A stretch of DNA of 64,000 nt from Squalus acanthias (taxonomy: Eukaryota): the NCBI GenBank assembly GCA_030390025.1, contig CM059433.1, positions 8,372,001-8,436,000 on the forward strand, read 5' to 3'. Made by a program: the position numbers and the translations under genes. Below the pieces are notes generated by a model that made no database searches, was not told the DNA's origin, and worked only from the letters and a program-made list of their open reading frames with translations. Every line of letters starts with the position of its first letter. Position 1 is the first letter of the stretch. Of the stretch, positions 12,072-24,588 are shown one piece after another.

Positions 12072-12604
12072 GCCGGAGTATTGTGGACAATACACTTCAG
12101 GAAGGATGTAAAGGCCTTAGAAAGGGTCCTGAGGAGGTTTACCAGGATGTTACCAGGGATGAGGGACTTCAGTTACGAGGATTGTTCGGACTGTTCTCCT
12201 TGGAACAGAGAAGGTTAAGAGGTGACGTAACAGAGGTTTTCAAGATGATGAGAGGTTTTGATAAAGTAGGTGGGAGAAAAACTATTCCCCTCTGGCGAGT
12301 GGGTCAATAGCCAGAGGTCATTGATTGAAAATCATTGACAAAAGGTCTAGAGGGGAGATGGGGAGAAATGTTTTCACTCAGAGAGTTGTGGGGATCTGGA
12401 ACACTCGACCTGAAAAGGTGGTGGAAGGTGATTCCATCAATAATTTTAAAAGGGAGTTGGACGGGTTCTTGAGGATGAGGAACTGACAGGGTTACCGACA
12501 AGAAGCGGGGATGTGGGACTAAGCATGACTGCTCTTTCAAAGAGCCAGCACAGGCACGACGGGCCGAATGGCCTCCTTCTGTGCTGTGAGTTTCTATGAT
12601 TCTA
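12072..12604 (+). mobile_element. CR1-clade LINE 3' fragment
   Basis: GLFSLEQRRLRGDVTEVFKMMRG; ends ttctatgattct. Confidence 0.85.
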
Positions 12605-12711
12605 GTGAGGAAGACGGATTCTTCCCTGACGTTCCCTGACTGCAGCGCGTTACCGCGGTGATGTCACACGTGAATGCGTCCATTATCTTGGTGACGAGCT
12701 CACAGTGCAAT

Positions 12712-12884
12712 GGGGGCAAATCTCGTCTTCGCCACTCGGATGGTAAATCAGCGGAGCTGATCACCCGGCCATCAGAGAAACTGGCCCGATTTTCACCTCC
12801 GTTGATTTCAAGCGGTTTCTACAACAGGCGGGTGGTCTGCCCCACCCGTATACCACCCAAGCATTGAAGACTAAAATTACCCTC
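12712..12884. mobile_element. Degenerate Harbinger-type MITE
   Basis: TIR gggggcaaatctcgtcttc vs gaagactaaaattaccctc (14 of 19 match); TSD AAT. Confidence 0.5.
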
Positions 12885-13671
12885 AATATCACTATTCAGA
12901 GTATGCGCACAGGCCAAAATGTGATGGCCAGCCTGTTAGTGCAGGCACTGTGGGTCCCGCGGTCCAGCCAATTTACAGAGAGGCTGGATCCACATTACAC
13001 AATCAAACGAGGGGCTCGACTAGCTCGCTCTCCCGAGATCTAAGCTGCATTGGAAAAGGGGCCTGCTTCACTCGGACCTTAAAGCCTTTAATTGAAATGA
13101 TTGATTCTATTTCCTTTTCTGTCATGAATTAATGTGTTACTCCCCAAAGTAGAAATGCTAATGAAGGCAACGTGAACACTTGTGAAAGCAACAGTTAAAG
13201 CTGTAGGCCTCCAAATTATGGGATGTGCCAAGATTACCAACGGTATTAAATTCCTTCGTCCATTATTTTAATTATTTTAAAAATGGGTTAATACCCCAGG
13301 TAAAAATAGCACACCAAATAATTTAATACAAATGCGCTACGCCTTCCTACGCTAGCCTTCGCGCAGCATAAGTTTGAAGGCTTCAATTTGTTTTTTTTAA
13401 TTTCCTTAGAGTGCAGCTCCTTAGAATCGGCTCCTCCGAATCCAGACCCTTCCTTTGTTGTCAGTCGAACTCATGCTCTTTGCTGCATCATCCCCACCAG
13501 CCCCGCGGAGCAGAGAGTGGGCGGGGGGGGGGGGGGGGTCCTTTCACTTTCCCCGGCATTACCTGGCACAAGAAAACCCGACCCTGGCAAACATTTTGAC
13601 AGCTGCGTTGATCTGATTTTCTGCAATTGGCTCGCAAGTCTGGCTCTTCTTTCTGGAACCTGGGCTGTGTT

Positions 13672-13827
13672 TTATCGTCCTGAAATTCTTTCCCTCTGTA
13701 TTTCAGTGAAGAAGTTCCCCCCACTTCTGTATCCGAGAAACACGGTGCTGTTTTTTCTCTTTGCCTTCATCCCGTACGGAATTCCTTCCTTTGCAGGGAC
13801 ACGCGATGTTGCATCCAGTTTGAATAC
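13672..13827 (-). CDS. Possible terminal coding exon of the unidentified minus-strand gene (VFKLDATSRVPAKEGIPYGMKAKRKNSTVFLGYRSGGNFFTEIQRERISGR*)
   Basis: aattcag| acceptor (weak pyrimidine tract); phase 0, open to a TAA; compatible with exon 15491-15562 read in phase 0. Confidence 0.2.
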   Translation of the reverse strand, partial: VFKLDATSRVPAKEGIPYGMKAKRKNSTVFLGYRSGGNFFTEIQRERISGR

Positions 13828-15490
13828 CTGAATTTGTATCTGCAGCACCGCCGTATATGATTTAATATAATGTGCGTGCGTACTAGAGAATAATAAAACA
13901 CCGCTTTCGACCCATGGCTGTAGTCCAGCACAGTCAGTCAGCTCTGCGGTAGATTTTGGAACAGAAGCCGCGCCACGCCACGCCACAATAAAATTGGGCC
14001 CTATTTCTGTCGGAGAAAGAGCGCTTTACTTCATTTGTGAAATATTCAGCGACAGTCAAGAAGCCGCAGGAGTCTGCCTCTCGTGATGCGATACCTCAAT
14101 GCAGTGAGCACAGACCACTTTAAAAAGCCAGAAGGGAGGTGACAGGAAATGTAACATTAAATTTGCCCTGCTAAAATAAATTGAACTGGCGCCTTTTAAT
14201 GTATGACTCTAAGTAAAATAAACTATATCAGTATCCAACTTCGGTGCGATGGGAGTCTTTGTGGCAAACTAATAAGTAACAAGAAACCATCTGAAGCTGC
14301 AAGTGGGATGTAAAGAGCGTCAAAGACAGCCGCCATTTTCCTTTAATAAAGGAATGCCTGGATTACATGGAACTTCGGAACCTTAATCATAATTATGGCA
14401 TTCAGCAGGGCCCACGATCATCTGCAAAATCATTGTGCCATGTTAAACACACAACTTTAGGCATTTACTGCCTCACACAATGTTCTAATTAACATGGTTT
14501 TAAAAAAAAATATCAAATCTAAATTAAATGCGGAGGATAACGTCGATGAAAATTCCTCAGAGGTGTAATCTTTGGTGATTTAATCGCATTAAGCAAGATG
14601 TGCTTCCGCGGCGCACTAAAGCTCTGAAGCACTCTTTAAGTGTATGAGCTCGCTTGCTGCGACCTCTTTGTCCAGTTTCTCACAGCCCCTGTTGCCAGTC
14701 CCTAACAGATGGCACAAGAGCAGCAAACCCCCTTTGGTGTCCCACCCAAAAAAAGAAAGGGATCTGAGGGCCTAAGTGTGTTTGACAGTTGAAACAGATG
14801 ATGCAGTACACCACCTATGTAAACAGAAATAGTGCTGGGACTGATATAGCACAGAGATATGACCCTGACCAGAGAGCCAGTCAGTCTAGACTCCAGATGT
14901 GATCATAATGTTACCAGGACATTTCAAATCCAACTGGTAAATATTTCTAACAGACGACAGTGGTTTGGTCAGAAAAAGTGAGACAGAAGACAAAGGGAAT
15001 GTTATAAACACATTGCAAGGCATTAAGAGCGGCTTTCCAAAAATACGCTGTGTCTACAGTGATGAAAATAGCCGATTTGTTTCAAACAAACATCTAGAGT
15101 CCTAACTGCTGTGAGTTGGAAAACATCCACAGCAAACCCAAGCCACTTTGGGGCACACCAATAAATTACTTTTTTTTTAATAGAAACCAACTGTACAATT
15201 AGTAAATTAAATTTTGTTTGAGTCATATAATTACTGAAGTGCCTTTTTGAGGGGAAAGTCAATCCACTTGAGTTTTTTTTTTACAAAAGCTGCATTCGAA
15301 AACCCGATAGACAACCCAGAAATACGTATGGAACCATTTATGGTAGGAAAATGTGAAGCACTTCAGCTAACCCTTTTACGGCTGAATTGCTGTGGCACTT
15401 TGCAGAATGCAAACCTGGTTTTAATGAAAGCGGATCGGACTCACTGCTGCAAGGTCCCTGCTTTCCTCTCTCTGTCTCTCGGTCTCTTAC

Positions 15491-15562
15491 TGCATCATTG
15501 CAGGGATGGGTTTCAGGAGCATAGACAGCCTCCTCAAATCTCTTGGAGGAGATCCAAAATCC
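15491..15562 (-). CDS. Candidate internal exon, 72 nt (phase 0: GFWISSKRFEEAVYAPETHPCNDA; alternative phase 2: DFGSPPRDLRRLSMLLKPIPAMM)
   Basis: Strong acceptor ctatttttttttag| and donor |gtaaga in repeat-free sequence; two frames open. Confidence 0.5.
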
Positions 15563-16352
15563 CTAAAAAAAAATAGTAAGACAAAAAATTTAAATCCATG
15601 AGGCATAGCTGCACAAATGAACATAAAGACATTGCTGGTGATTCCAAGCTTCTGAATTGCATGGGTGAACAATGAGCATGAAATTCATCCAAGCGTCCCA
15701 GAAGTGTAAAGAGGGGTTCCACGTCCCCTTCCTCGTAGTGAAGGGCCCGATAATCCTATCACCGATCCTGGGGCATCACATCTGTAATTAAGACAGATGG
15801 CAATCATACGCAACTCTGACATGGACGTAACCAGGGTTAGGGATAAGACGCAGGCTCCGCAAGAGCTAAGGGAAGAGCTAGAGATGGGGAATAATGTCAA
15901 ACTCCTTGGGGGAGGAGAAAAGCCACGTTTACTCAGAAAAAGAACAGGATTTGATCTAATGATGAAGGAATCAGATTGATTTGGATGAATACCACCCAAA
16001 CTTATTTTTTTTAGTTAATCAGTGAGAAAAGGATACTTTGAACATCTAGAGAATTCAATGCCAGACTTTTGATGTATAGATCCTTTAAAACTAGCCTTTT
16101 TGCAAACAAATAGATGGCACGGATACATCATCCTTCAAGATCAGGAAAACTGCAACCTCAAACAGATACCCTTTTCTGTGGTGAGTAAGTGCCAAGTTTC
16201 TGTCATGACCTAGACAGACGGCCATTCTCCCGCCTCAGATGATTTTTTTCCCTCAGAATTTAGTCCCTTTTCCAGCACGCAGCTTAGGCCTGGGTCATTC
16301 AGTAGTAATCGTATGCCCTTATCAGTAAACTGAAGCACACTAGTGGTTAATT

Positions 16353-17671
16353 AAAGAAAGACCTTGGGGGAGAAATTTGGTATCGCCCCATTTGGGGCGC
16401 AATTATCAGCCGGGCGCAAAGTTTAGCGCCTGGCGCTAATTATCGCCTCCCACTGCAAACTTGGCTTCTATCGCCCCTGGAGGTGATTGGGGCGCTAAAT
16501 CAGGAGCTACACACCTCTCTTAAGGCGCTAACGTCGAGGAGCGAGGCGCTACCTCAGAGCGCTGGCGAAGCTCATGTGATGTCAGTCAGCAATGGAACAC
16601 AGACACACTGGCGCCAGCCAGTTCTTAAAGGGGAGGGTCGATCTTGTTCTCCATCCACACCCTGCTCATTGCAGCCTTGAATCTCGGCCTGGAGAGACCT
16701 GTACATCAAATCTGCTGGAAAGAACAATGGAGAGGACCAGGAAAAGAGCTCAGAGTGCAGCCCCCAAAGTCTCTTCTAAATCGATGCAAGGAAGGTCAAA
16801 TCAAAGTGAACCTGCAAAGTGCTGCTCAGTACCCAAAACTCCTTCACACAGCGTTGAATCTCTCCAGAAGTCTCTCTCTCTCTCAGAATGCGTGGTGCAA
16901 AAATGTCGCCGACAAAAAAAGGCAGGAAGCGGTCGCCTTTAAATAGCGCTCCCCCAGTCCCTTCCCGACTGCAAAATGCTCCCCTCAACCTGTCATTGCT
17001 AGCAGCAGGCGGTAAGGCAGGGGGCGCCACTCAATATCCGGTCCGGGGTGTTGCACGCTAGACTGACATCACGATCTGCGGGCGCAGGAGATCGTGGCGG
17101 TAGTGTTTAGCGCCGCCGCAAAATGTCTGGTCAATTTCGTGAGCGGCGCAAACATCGCCGCGCCCGGGCGCTAGTTGCTTTGCGCCCCATTAGCGTCGTC
17201 TTAGGGCGCTAACGGGAGGCGCAAACCAACTGAATTTTCCCCCCTTGCATTTATATAGCGCCTTTCATGACCCAAGGACGTCCTAAAGTGCTTTACAGCC
17301 AATGTACATTTGAAGTGTTGTCACTGTTGTAATGTAGGAAACGCAGCAGCCAATTTGCGCACAGCAAGGTCCCACAGACTGCAACGAGATAAATGACCAA
17401 TGATGTTGGTTGAGTGATAAATATTGGCCAGCACACCGAGGAGAACCACACTGCTCTTCTTCGAAATAGTACCGTGGGGATCTTTTTCTCGTCCGCCTGA
17501 GAGAGCGGAAAGTCTCATCCGAAAGACGGCACCTCCGACAGCGCAGCACACCCTCGGCACTGCACTAGCGTGTCAGCTCTAGATTATGTGCTCAAGTCCC
17601 TGGAGTGAGACTGCAACCCACAACCTTCTGACTCAGAGGCGAGAGGGTTACCACCAAGCCACGGCTGACAC
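16353..17671 (-). mobile_element. SacSINE1/DeuSINE-like SINE interrupted in its tail by a MITE
   Basis: aaagaaagacctt|MITE|cttgcatttatatagcgcc...ctgacac. Confidence 0.85.
16366..17243. mobile_element. GC-rich Harbinger-type MITE
   Basis: TIR gggggagaaatt / aattttccccc; probable TSD CTT. Subterminal gcgcctcccgttagcgcc is shared with 31691-32463, 43423-43492 and the Harbinger at 19031. Confidence 0.85.
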
Positions 17672-17734
17672 CCAACCTTATGACTCAGCACCAAAGTGAA
17701 ATGTTTGCATTTGTCACTTTTTGCAACAATAAAA

Positions 17735-18885
17735 CTGACATTGAAATAGCACCTTTTAATGTAGGAAAACCTCCCTCGTTGCTTTAGAGGCTTAATCAGA
17801 TTTTAAAAAATGGAAAGCAAGCCAAAGAAGGAGATATTAGGAGGACCGGCAAAAGCTTGGTCAAAAGAGGGTTTTAAGAAAAAGTCCTAAAGGGGGAGAG
17901 GGAGGTGGAGAGATCGGTGGGGGGGGGGGGGGGGGGGGGGGGGGCGGGTTTAGGGAGGGAATTCCAAATGTGTGGAGCCTGGGCAGCTAATAGCCAATGG
18001 TGGAGTAAGGGAGGGGTCTGCATGAGAGGCCAGAGTCGGAGGAACGGAGAGTTCTGGGAGGAGTTGCAAAGCTGGAGGAGGTTACAGAGACGGGGGAGGG
18101 GTGAGGCCAAGAAAGGGTTTAAACACAAGGATGAGGAATTTAAATCGGAACCGCTGGGGGACAATATAGGTCAGCAATAACAGGCAGGGTGAATGAGCGG
18201 GGTCTGGTGTGGGGATAAGATCTGGGCAGCAGCGCTTTAAATGAGCTGAGGTTTACAGAGCAGGGAGGATGGGAGGTCGGCCAGGAGAGCATTCGAACGG
18301 TTGGGTCTGGAGGTGACGAAGCCCTGTCTGAGGGGTTCAGCAGCAGATGGGCGAAGGCGGGCGTTATTATGGAGGTGGAAGTGGGTGGTCGTTGTGGTGG
18401 AGAGGAAGTGGGGGGTCAGAAGCTCAGCTTGGCGTCAAATAGGACACCAAGGTTGAGAACAGTCTGTTTGAGCCTGAGACAGTGGCTGGGGAGGGGGGAC
18501 GAAATTGGCGGCAAGGACACGGAGGTTGTGATGGGGGCAGAAGGCAATGGCTTCGGTCTTCCCGAAGTTTTATTGGAGGAAATTGCGGCTCATCCAAGAG
18601 TGCATGTTGGACAAGAAGTGGAGGGATTGAGGGAAGTGGTGGAGCTGGATGTCATAAGCGTACATGTGGACCCTGATGTGTGCTCAGATGATGTCGCCAG
18701 GAGGTGGCATGTAGATGAGGAAGAGGAGGAGGGGGGGGCCAAGGATAGATCCTTTCGGGACTCCAAAGGTAATGGAGCAGGGGTGGAAAGAGAAACCATT
18801 GCTGCAGATGCTCTGGTTACGATTGAGCAGGTAAGTGTGGAACCAACTGAATGCAGTCCCACTGAGCTGGACAACAGAGAATAGG
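17735..18885 (-). mobile_element. L2-clade LINE fragment, diverged, with a poly-G run at about 17919-17944
   Basis: GVPKGSILGPP..FLIYM and IWNSLPKP motifs; collinear with 5889-7030. Confidence 0.85.
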
Positions 18886-19544
18886 CATTTTAAAATTGAA
18901 TGCACTTGGCCCTACAATATAATCCCACCCCAATACAGAATCATACCTCAAAGAATGTACTTTTGCTACAGTTGCTAGGGTATTACTCCATTCATTTTAA
19001 AATGGAATTTATGCACCATCAGAACTCATTGGGGGAAAGATTCAGTTGGTTAGTGTCTCCCGTTAGTGCCTGCAGAGGGCGGTAATGGGGCGGTGATGCA
19101 GTATCGCCGGGGCAAGGCGAATCCAGCGGTGCACGGCACTTTCGGACTCCCCCTCCCCCCCCATTGCGCCACCGGTACGCGTTACCACCAGGGACTTCAA
19201 TGCCAAGCAGATCGTGACGTCAGTGGGTGTGCAACGCTCACTGCGTGCCCGGTCTGCAAAATTGATTTTCGCCACCTACCTTAGCGCCTCGACCAGACAA
19301 CGAAAGGGAGAGGAGGCATCAAGCAGGTGGAAGCCAGCTTCAGGGATGTTATTTAAAGGGATCATGAGTAATAAGTCGCAGCTGTCAGGTTAGTGGAGTT
19401 TCAGTGCTTTCTTGTCAGTTTGACATTGTGAAACAGTTTAATTCAGTAATTTAAAGGTTCTTTTGTATCAGGAGTGTTGTGGTAACTAAAAAGTAGTTAC
19501 ATTTATTCTTAAAAAATATCAAAGTGCTACACTTGGTAACATTA

Positions 19545-19875
19545 ATGGGGGCTGTACTGGCAGTCAACCTCGCCCTCCAGGATCTACAGCAGAGGGAGCG
19601 GAGGCAATGAGAAAGGTTGGAACATGTGGCCAGAGGGAGGAGGAGGGCCATCAGGGCTCTCAACAGGAGGCCTTACCCTCCGAGGGTATTCCGAGAGAAC
19701 TTCTACCTCCAATTAAGCAAGGAGCAGTGTATTAGAAGGCTCCGCTTCACCAAGGATGTGGTCACAGAACTCTGCCACGTCTTGCAACCAGACCTCCAGC
19801 CTCAGATCAGGGTGACCATGGCTCTCTCACTGGCAGTCAAGGTCATCGTCGCCCTCAATTTCTTCGCCAGCGGAT
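19545..19875 (+). pseudogene. Harbinger (HARBI1-like) transposase N-terminal fragment
   Basis: RPYPPRVF..EQCIRRLRFTKDVVTELCHVLQPDLQPQ...VKVIVALNFFASG; premature stop near 19610 and truncation. Confidence 0.85.
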
Positions 19876-19973
19876 TGTTGATGGGTGAGTGCTGGGGGTG
19901 TGGTGCTTTGGACAGTGTGTGCAGACTGTGGTTCAGATGGTGGTATGCAGCATTTGTTGTAGCATTCACTCAC

Positions 19974-20237
19974 CCTGACTACCCGAGTGAGGTCGTTAAA
20001 TTTCTTCCTGCACTGTGTGTGGGTCCTGGGGACCACAGTGCTGCCCGAGACGTGCTGGGCTACCTCCCTCCACATGGTGCGGAAGACTTGCGGCGAGGGC
20101 CTCCTGCCACTTGCCGGGTAGAGCACTGCCTTCCATCTCTCCACAGTGAACACCAACGCCTCCAATGTTTGATCGCAGAATCTGCGGGCTCTCTTCCTGG
20201 GGCGTGGATCTGTCATCAGTACAGCTGCTTGAGTCAT
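19974..20237 (-). pseudogene. Harbinger Myb/SANT-like (trihelix) DNA-binding protein exon 1
   Basis: RKRARRFCDQTLEALV...WREVAQHVSGSTVVPRTHTQCRKKFNDL, ending at donor |gtgagt. Confidence 0.8.
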
Positions 20238-20689
20238 CTGGCTCCTTCTACTTGACCTGCTGCTGCTTGCTGAGGCAGCTGCACAGCCAGCAATGCTGAG
20301 AATGAGGTTCTGCAGCATCAGTGAACCTCCCCTTTAAGAACTGGAATCAGCCTGTGGCAATGATGATTTGCGATTAAACTGCATGCGGTATAGGTCCACC
20401 CTTTGATTGTAACGCCAATAAGCTTTGTCTTTAACGCTTGATTTAGCGCTCCAATTATTTCTTTGAGCAGTTAGCACGAATTTTGCGTGCAGTCTAAAGT
20501 ATTAGTGCCTGGCGCTAATTCTCAAATTTTTCTAAAGGTACTGCCACTTCCTGGGCTATAATGAATTTCTAGCCCTTAAAGGGATCTTATGCATGTATTT
20601 CCAGAGCTTCAATACTTAATTTTTTCATGCTTTGTTTCTACATCCCAGATAAGAAATTCTTTGTGAATACAAAATAAGTAATAGTATTG

Positions 20690-22062
20690 GAGAAGTTTAA
20701 GCTAATTAAGGACAAATTTGTGAAAGGCAGATCGTGTTTGACTAATCTAATTGAATTTTTTGATGAAGTAACAGGGAGGATTGATGAAGGGAATGCAATA
20801 GATGTTGTCTACATGGATTTTAGGAAGGCCTTTGACAAAGTACCACATAGAAGGCTGGTTAACAAAATTGAGGCTCGTGGAATAGGTGGGTCAGTGGCAG
20901 CTTGGATAAGGAATTGGCTTAAGGACAGAAAACAGCGAGTTGTGGTAAATGGCTGTTTTTCAGACTGAAGGATGGTAGACAGTGGTGTTCCCCAAGGGTC
21001 AGTGCTGGGGCCACTGCTTTTTTTGATAGATATAAATGACCTGGATATTGGAATACAGAGTAGAATTTCTAAATTTGCCGATGACACCAAACTTGGGGGT
21101 GTGGCAAACAGTGAGGATGATACCAATCGACTGCAACAGGACAGGCTAGCAGAATGGGCAGACAAGTGGCAGATGGAATTTAATACAGAGAAGTGTGAGG
21201 TGATGCATTTTGGCAGAAGGAACAGGGAGAGGCAATATACACTTAATGGCACAGTTTTAAAGAGTGTGCAGGGACAGAGGGACCTGGGACATATTGAGAG
21301 AGTGGTTAGCAAAGCATATGGGATCTTGGGCTTCATAAATAGAGGTATTGAGTACAAAAGTAGAGAAGTTATGCTGAACCTTTATAAAGTGCTGGTTAGG
21401 CCACAACTGGAGTATTGCATCCAGTTCTGGTCACCACACTTTAGGAAGGATGTGAAGGCCCTTGAGAAGATGCAGAGGAGATTTACCAGAATGGTTCCGG
21501 GGATGGGGGATCTTCGCTACAAGGACAGGTTGGAGAAGCTGGATTTGTTTTCATTAGAGCAAAGGAGGTTGAGGGATGATTTGATAGAGGTGTACAAGAT
21601 TATGACGGAAATAACAACAGAAAACGCTGGAAAAACTCAGCAGGCCAGGCAGCATCCGTGGAGAGAGAAAGAGAGTTAACGTTTCAGGTCGATGACCTTT
21701 CATCAGAAGATTATGACGGGTTTGAATAGGCTAGACGGGGAAAGGCTGTTCCCACTAGTTGATGGTACAAGGACTAGGGGACACAGATTTAAGGTTTTGG
21801 GCAAGAGATACAGGGGGGACGTGAGGAAAAACTTTTAAAAAAGCGAGTGGTGAGACCTGGAACTCGCTGCCAACGGAAGTGGTGGAAGCGGAGACACTCA
21901 ATGTTTTCAAGGGGAGACTGGATAGGCACTTGAGGGAAATAAACTTGCAGGGCTACGGGGATAGAGCGGGGGAATGGGACTGACTGGATTGCTCTGCAGA
22001 GAGACAGCACGGACTTGATGGGCCGAAGGCCTCCTTCTGTGCTGTTATTACTCTATGACTCT
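20690..22062 (+). mobile_element. CR1-clade LINE RT and 3' region with a nested insertion
   Basis: GRSCLTNLIEFF, YMDFRKAFDKVPH, GVPQGSVLGPLLF and KFADDTKLGG; stop at about 20966; (actctatg)n tail. Confidence 0.95.
21609..21706 (-). ncRNA. 98-nt PLE-associated insertion carrying a minimal type I hammerhead ribozyme core
   Basis: CTGATGA-a-aggtc-atc-gacct-GAAA-cgtt-aact on the minus strand; 13-bp TSD aagattatgacgg at 21596-21608 and 21707-21719. Confidence 0.75.
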
Positions 22063-23699
22063 ACTTTTTATTGTTTCCTGTTATGAATTCTCACACTAAG
22101 CCTCTATATGACAACCAAAGTAAATGTTCTCACTTTAAAATAATATACGTTGCTCTTTCTAAATTATTATTTATTATTTGAATGACAGATTTTATTTAAA
22201 GTATTCCTACTGGAGGAGTTTGGCAAGACTGCAGTCTGGCATTAAATACTGATACTGTAAAATGTGTGTGTGTTACTCAAGTTTCAACTTGGTTTGATAG
22301 TTTTAACAATATGAATCTGCACTCAATTACACTAAAACTGAGAAACTGTGCCATTTTGAAATATTGTATATAAATCTTGCAGCCTCAAGGCTATGTGACG
22401 ACGTAGCAGTGGAGAGCAACTATTGAGGCCCTCCGCAAGCACTCAAATCCTACACAGCGCCTACCCGCAGGGAATCTGCCGCCGTTATTGTATTTCGAGC
22501 CCTCAGAAAAGGAATTGTCTGTCGGAGCGAGGAAACAGTAGTTGAGTGGCAGACCAGTACTCGCCTCTTTTTTATTTTATTTTTTTTAATAAATTTCTTT
22601 TTTGCCTTTACAGTGTGACGGGCAGGAGCAAGTGGGTCTGTCTGTCGGGCGCCCATCAGTTGGAGGACAGATGTGGGTGTGGGGAAGGTGGCGAGCGCGT
22701 GTCACAGAGCCTGTCGAGTGTTTGGATAAAGGGGCCTGCGAGCATGTGGAGGAATCAGCGTGAAGCAACACACCTGGAGGAAAAGACAGCTAATCCGACC
22801 ACAGTTCCAGAAGACTGGCTCCACAGAGTCTAGCCAACATCTGGAATGGATATCAGGAGACACTGAACAGCCCTGACTGGCGCACTATCCCACCTTTGTA
22901 CTTTGGTTTAAAATGTAAAAGCAAACAGACATCAAGGATATATTTATGTTCAACCGTCTTTTGAGTAGCATTTCTGCCTCCATCGGCTACACTTGAAAAG
23001 TTTCGTGTTATTCGCAGATCGTCGCTGATAACAAAAAAATTGCAATTCTGCAATCTTCACGCTGGCCTCTTTTATATGGATTGTCCTTTGACGTGGATTT
23101 TTAAACAAAAAAAAACACAATTAAAATGACTACGACTACCAAGACAATTAGCAGAACATTTAAGGTTCATTTCCCCCCCCCCCCCTGTAGGTATTAACTG
23201 AATGCCCACCGGCGCCGCTATGTCCTGCTGATCTTCTTCTTTGCGGCAGCTTTAACCCTTTCCCCAGCACATCCTTTAAATGCATTTGGGATTCTGACCC
23301 TATAAGGCAACAGAAAGCAACTTGGCTCCTTTTGGAGCTGATATTTTCGGTTTTATTCAGGCAGACAGCTTTATTTTTATTAGGAGGAAAGAGTCGTGAA
23401 AGTGTCATTTTGAAGAAAACCTTTTTTTTTTTTGCTTTGGTACTCTGTGCTCATCCAGATATTAATCACAGTGGAAGAAAATATATTGCTTCCAGATTTC
23501 TCTGCTATCAGAGCCGTACATGTCTAATATATTGGGTAGCAGTTGGCTTGAAGTGCCTTTCCAGGCAATAGCGTGATCGAGGGGCTCCGATTATATCATA
23601 AACTGCCAGAGTAATGTTTGATCCATTGTCGAAGTCACGGGAGCCCCAAGATCACGTTGCAACCTTGATTTTATTGATCAGAGTCGGCTGTTACAGACT

Positions 23700-24080
23700 C
23701 CCCCCGCTCCCCGCTCGGTTGGTACGTCCAATGGCCAGTGTGCGACCGAGCCACACAGACCAGGATGTTCCCAGGTCCAATCCCTGGCCTGCGCTGAATT
23801 AGCTGGTTTCTTCAGCCAGGCGTCAGTAATGATGCTGTCATTCACCTCAGCACTCCCGGGCTAGGCGAGTAGAAATGATCAGCCAGGCTTTGGCAACGCT
23901 TTCGATCGCTACCCAGGGTGCCATCTGCTGAAGACTGTGCCTGTCTGTGTGGACATTGGGTGGGCGCAGGATCAGACGCAGTTGTGATGCTTCCATGGTC
24001 AAATAGCCTTCCAACAAAAGTTGTAACGGCACCAATGGAACTAATCCCAGCAAAGGGGGAACGCTGTATTAATGAGCAGG
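23700..24080 (+). mobile_element. Old tRNA-SINE-like repeat, family unassigned
   Basis: B-box-like cccaggtccaatccctgg; body gtggacattgggtggg..caggatcag..gtgatgcttccatggtcaaatagcc recurs elsewhere in the window. Confidence 0.5.
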
Positions 24081-24588
24081 AATTTGCAAGTGCCACGAAT
24101 TGGGCGCACTGAACCACACAAGGCACCACACCGGGAATGGGAGTCCTTCGAAATTCATCCTAGTACCTTTAGGAAAGAAGGGGGTTTAAAAATGATCATG
24201 TTGGGGTTTTTTTTCTCAGAGGTTCTGTTCCTGAAAACTGAAACTGGTGAACCGTTGACCTCCCTAGGGTTCAGGACACGGCCTGACAGAGAATGGCAAC
24301 AGGGCAGGTTTTTGGCAAGCCTGCTAATGCATAATGGAAAAAGACTGATTTTATTTCCCCCCCCCCCCCCCCTGTGGGCTGCACGAACAACTAATGAGTC
24401 CAGACTTCCCACTGAATTCGGGAGCAGGCGTGGTTCGGGAAATAGTGTGCGCATGCAGGAAAGGTGAAGAAACAGATTTTCACCCTTGCATTATTTTCTC
24501 CCACCTGTAGGCGCTGGGAAGTGAGCCTAAGGACTGGAGGAAGGGGTAGCAGAACGGCTCTAATTGGATTCAAATCTACAGCTTGCTC

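Larger units (their letters stand above)
19031..20575 (+). mobile_element. PIF/Harbinger transposon, internally deleted
   Basis: Ends gggggaaagattc / gaatttctagccc; convergent transposase N-terminus and Myb/SANT exon; homologous to 43772-46353 in the opposite orientation. Confidence 0.85.

Noticed and set aside
17919..17944. Poly-G run as a functional G-quadruplex
   Set aside because: Homopolymer expansion within a decayed L2; its length may be a sequencing or assembly artefact.
20972..21679. 235-aa RT ORF with a novel C-terminus (EITTENAGKTQQ...)
   Set aside because: It is a CR1 fragment reading through into the antisense of the 98-nt insertion, not a fusion gene.
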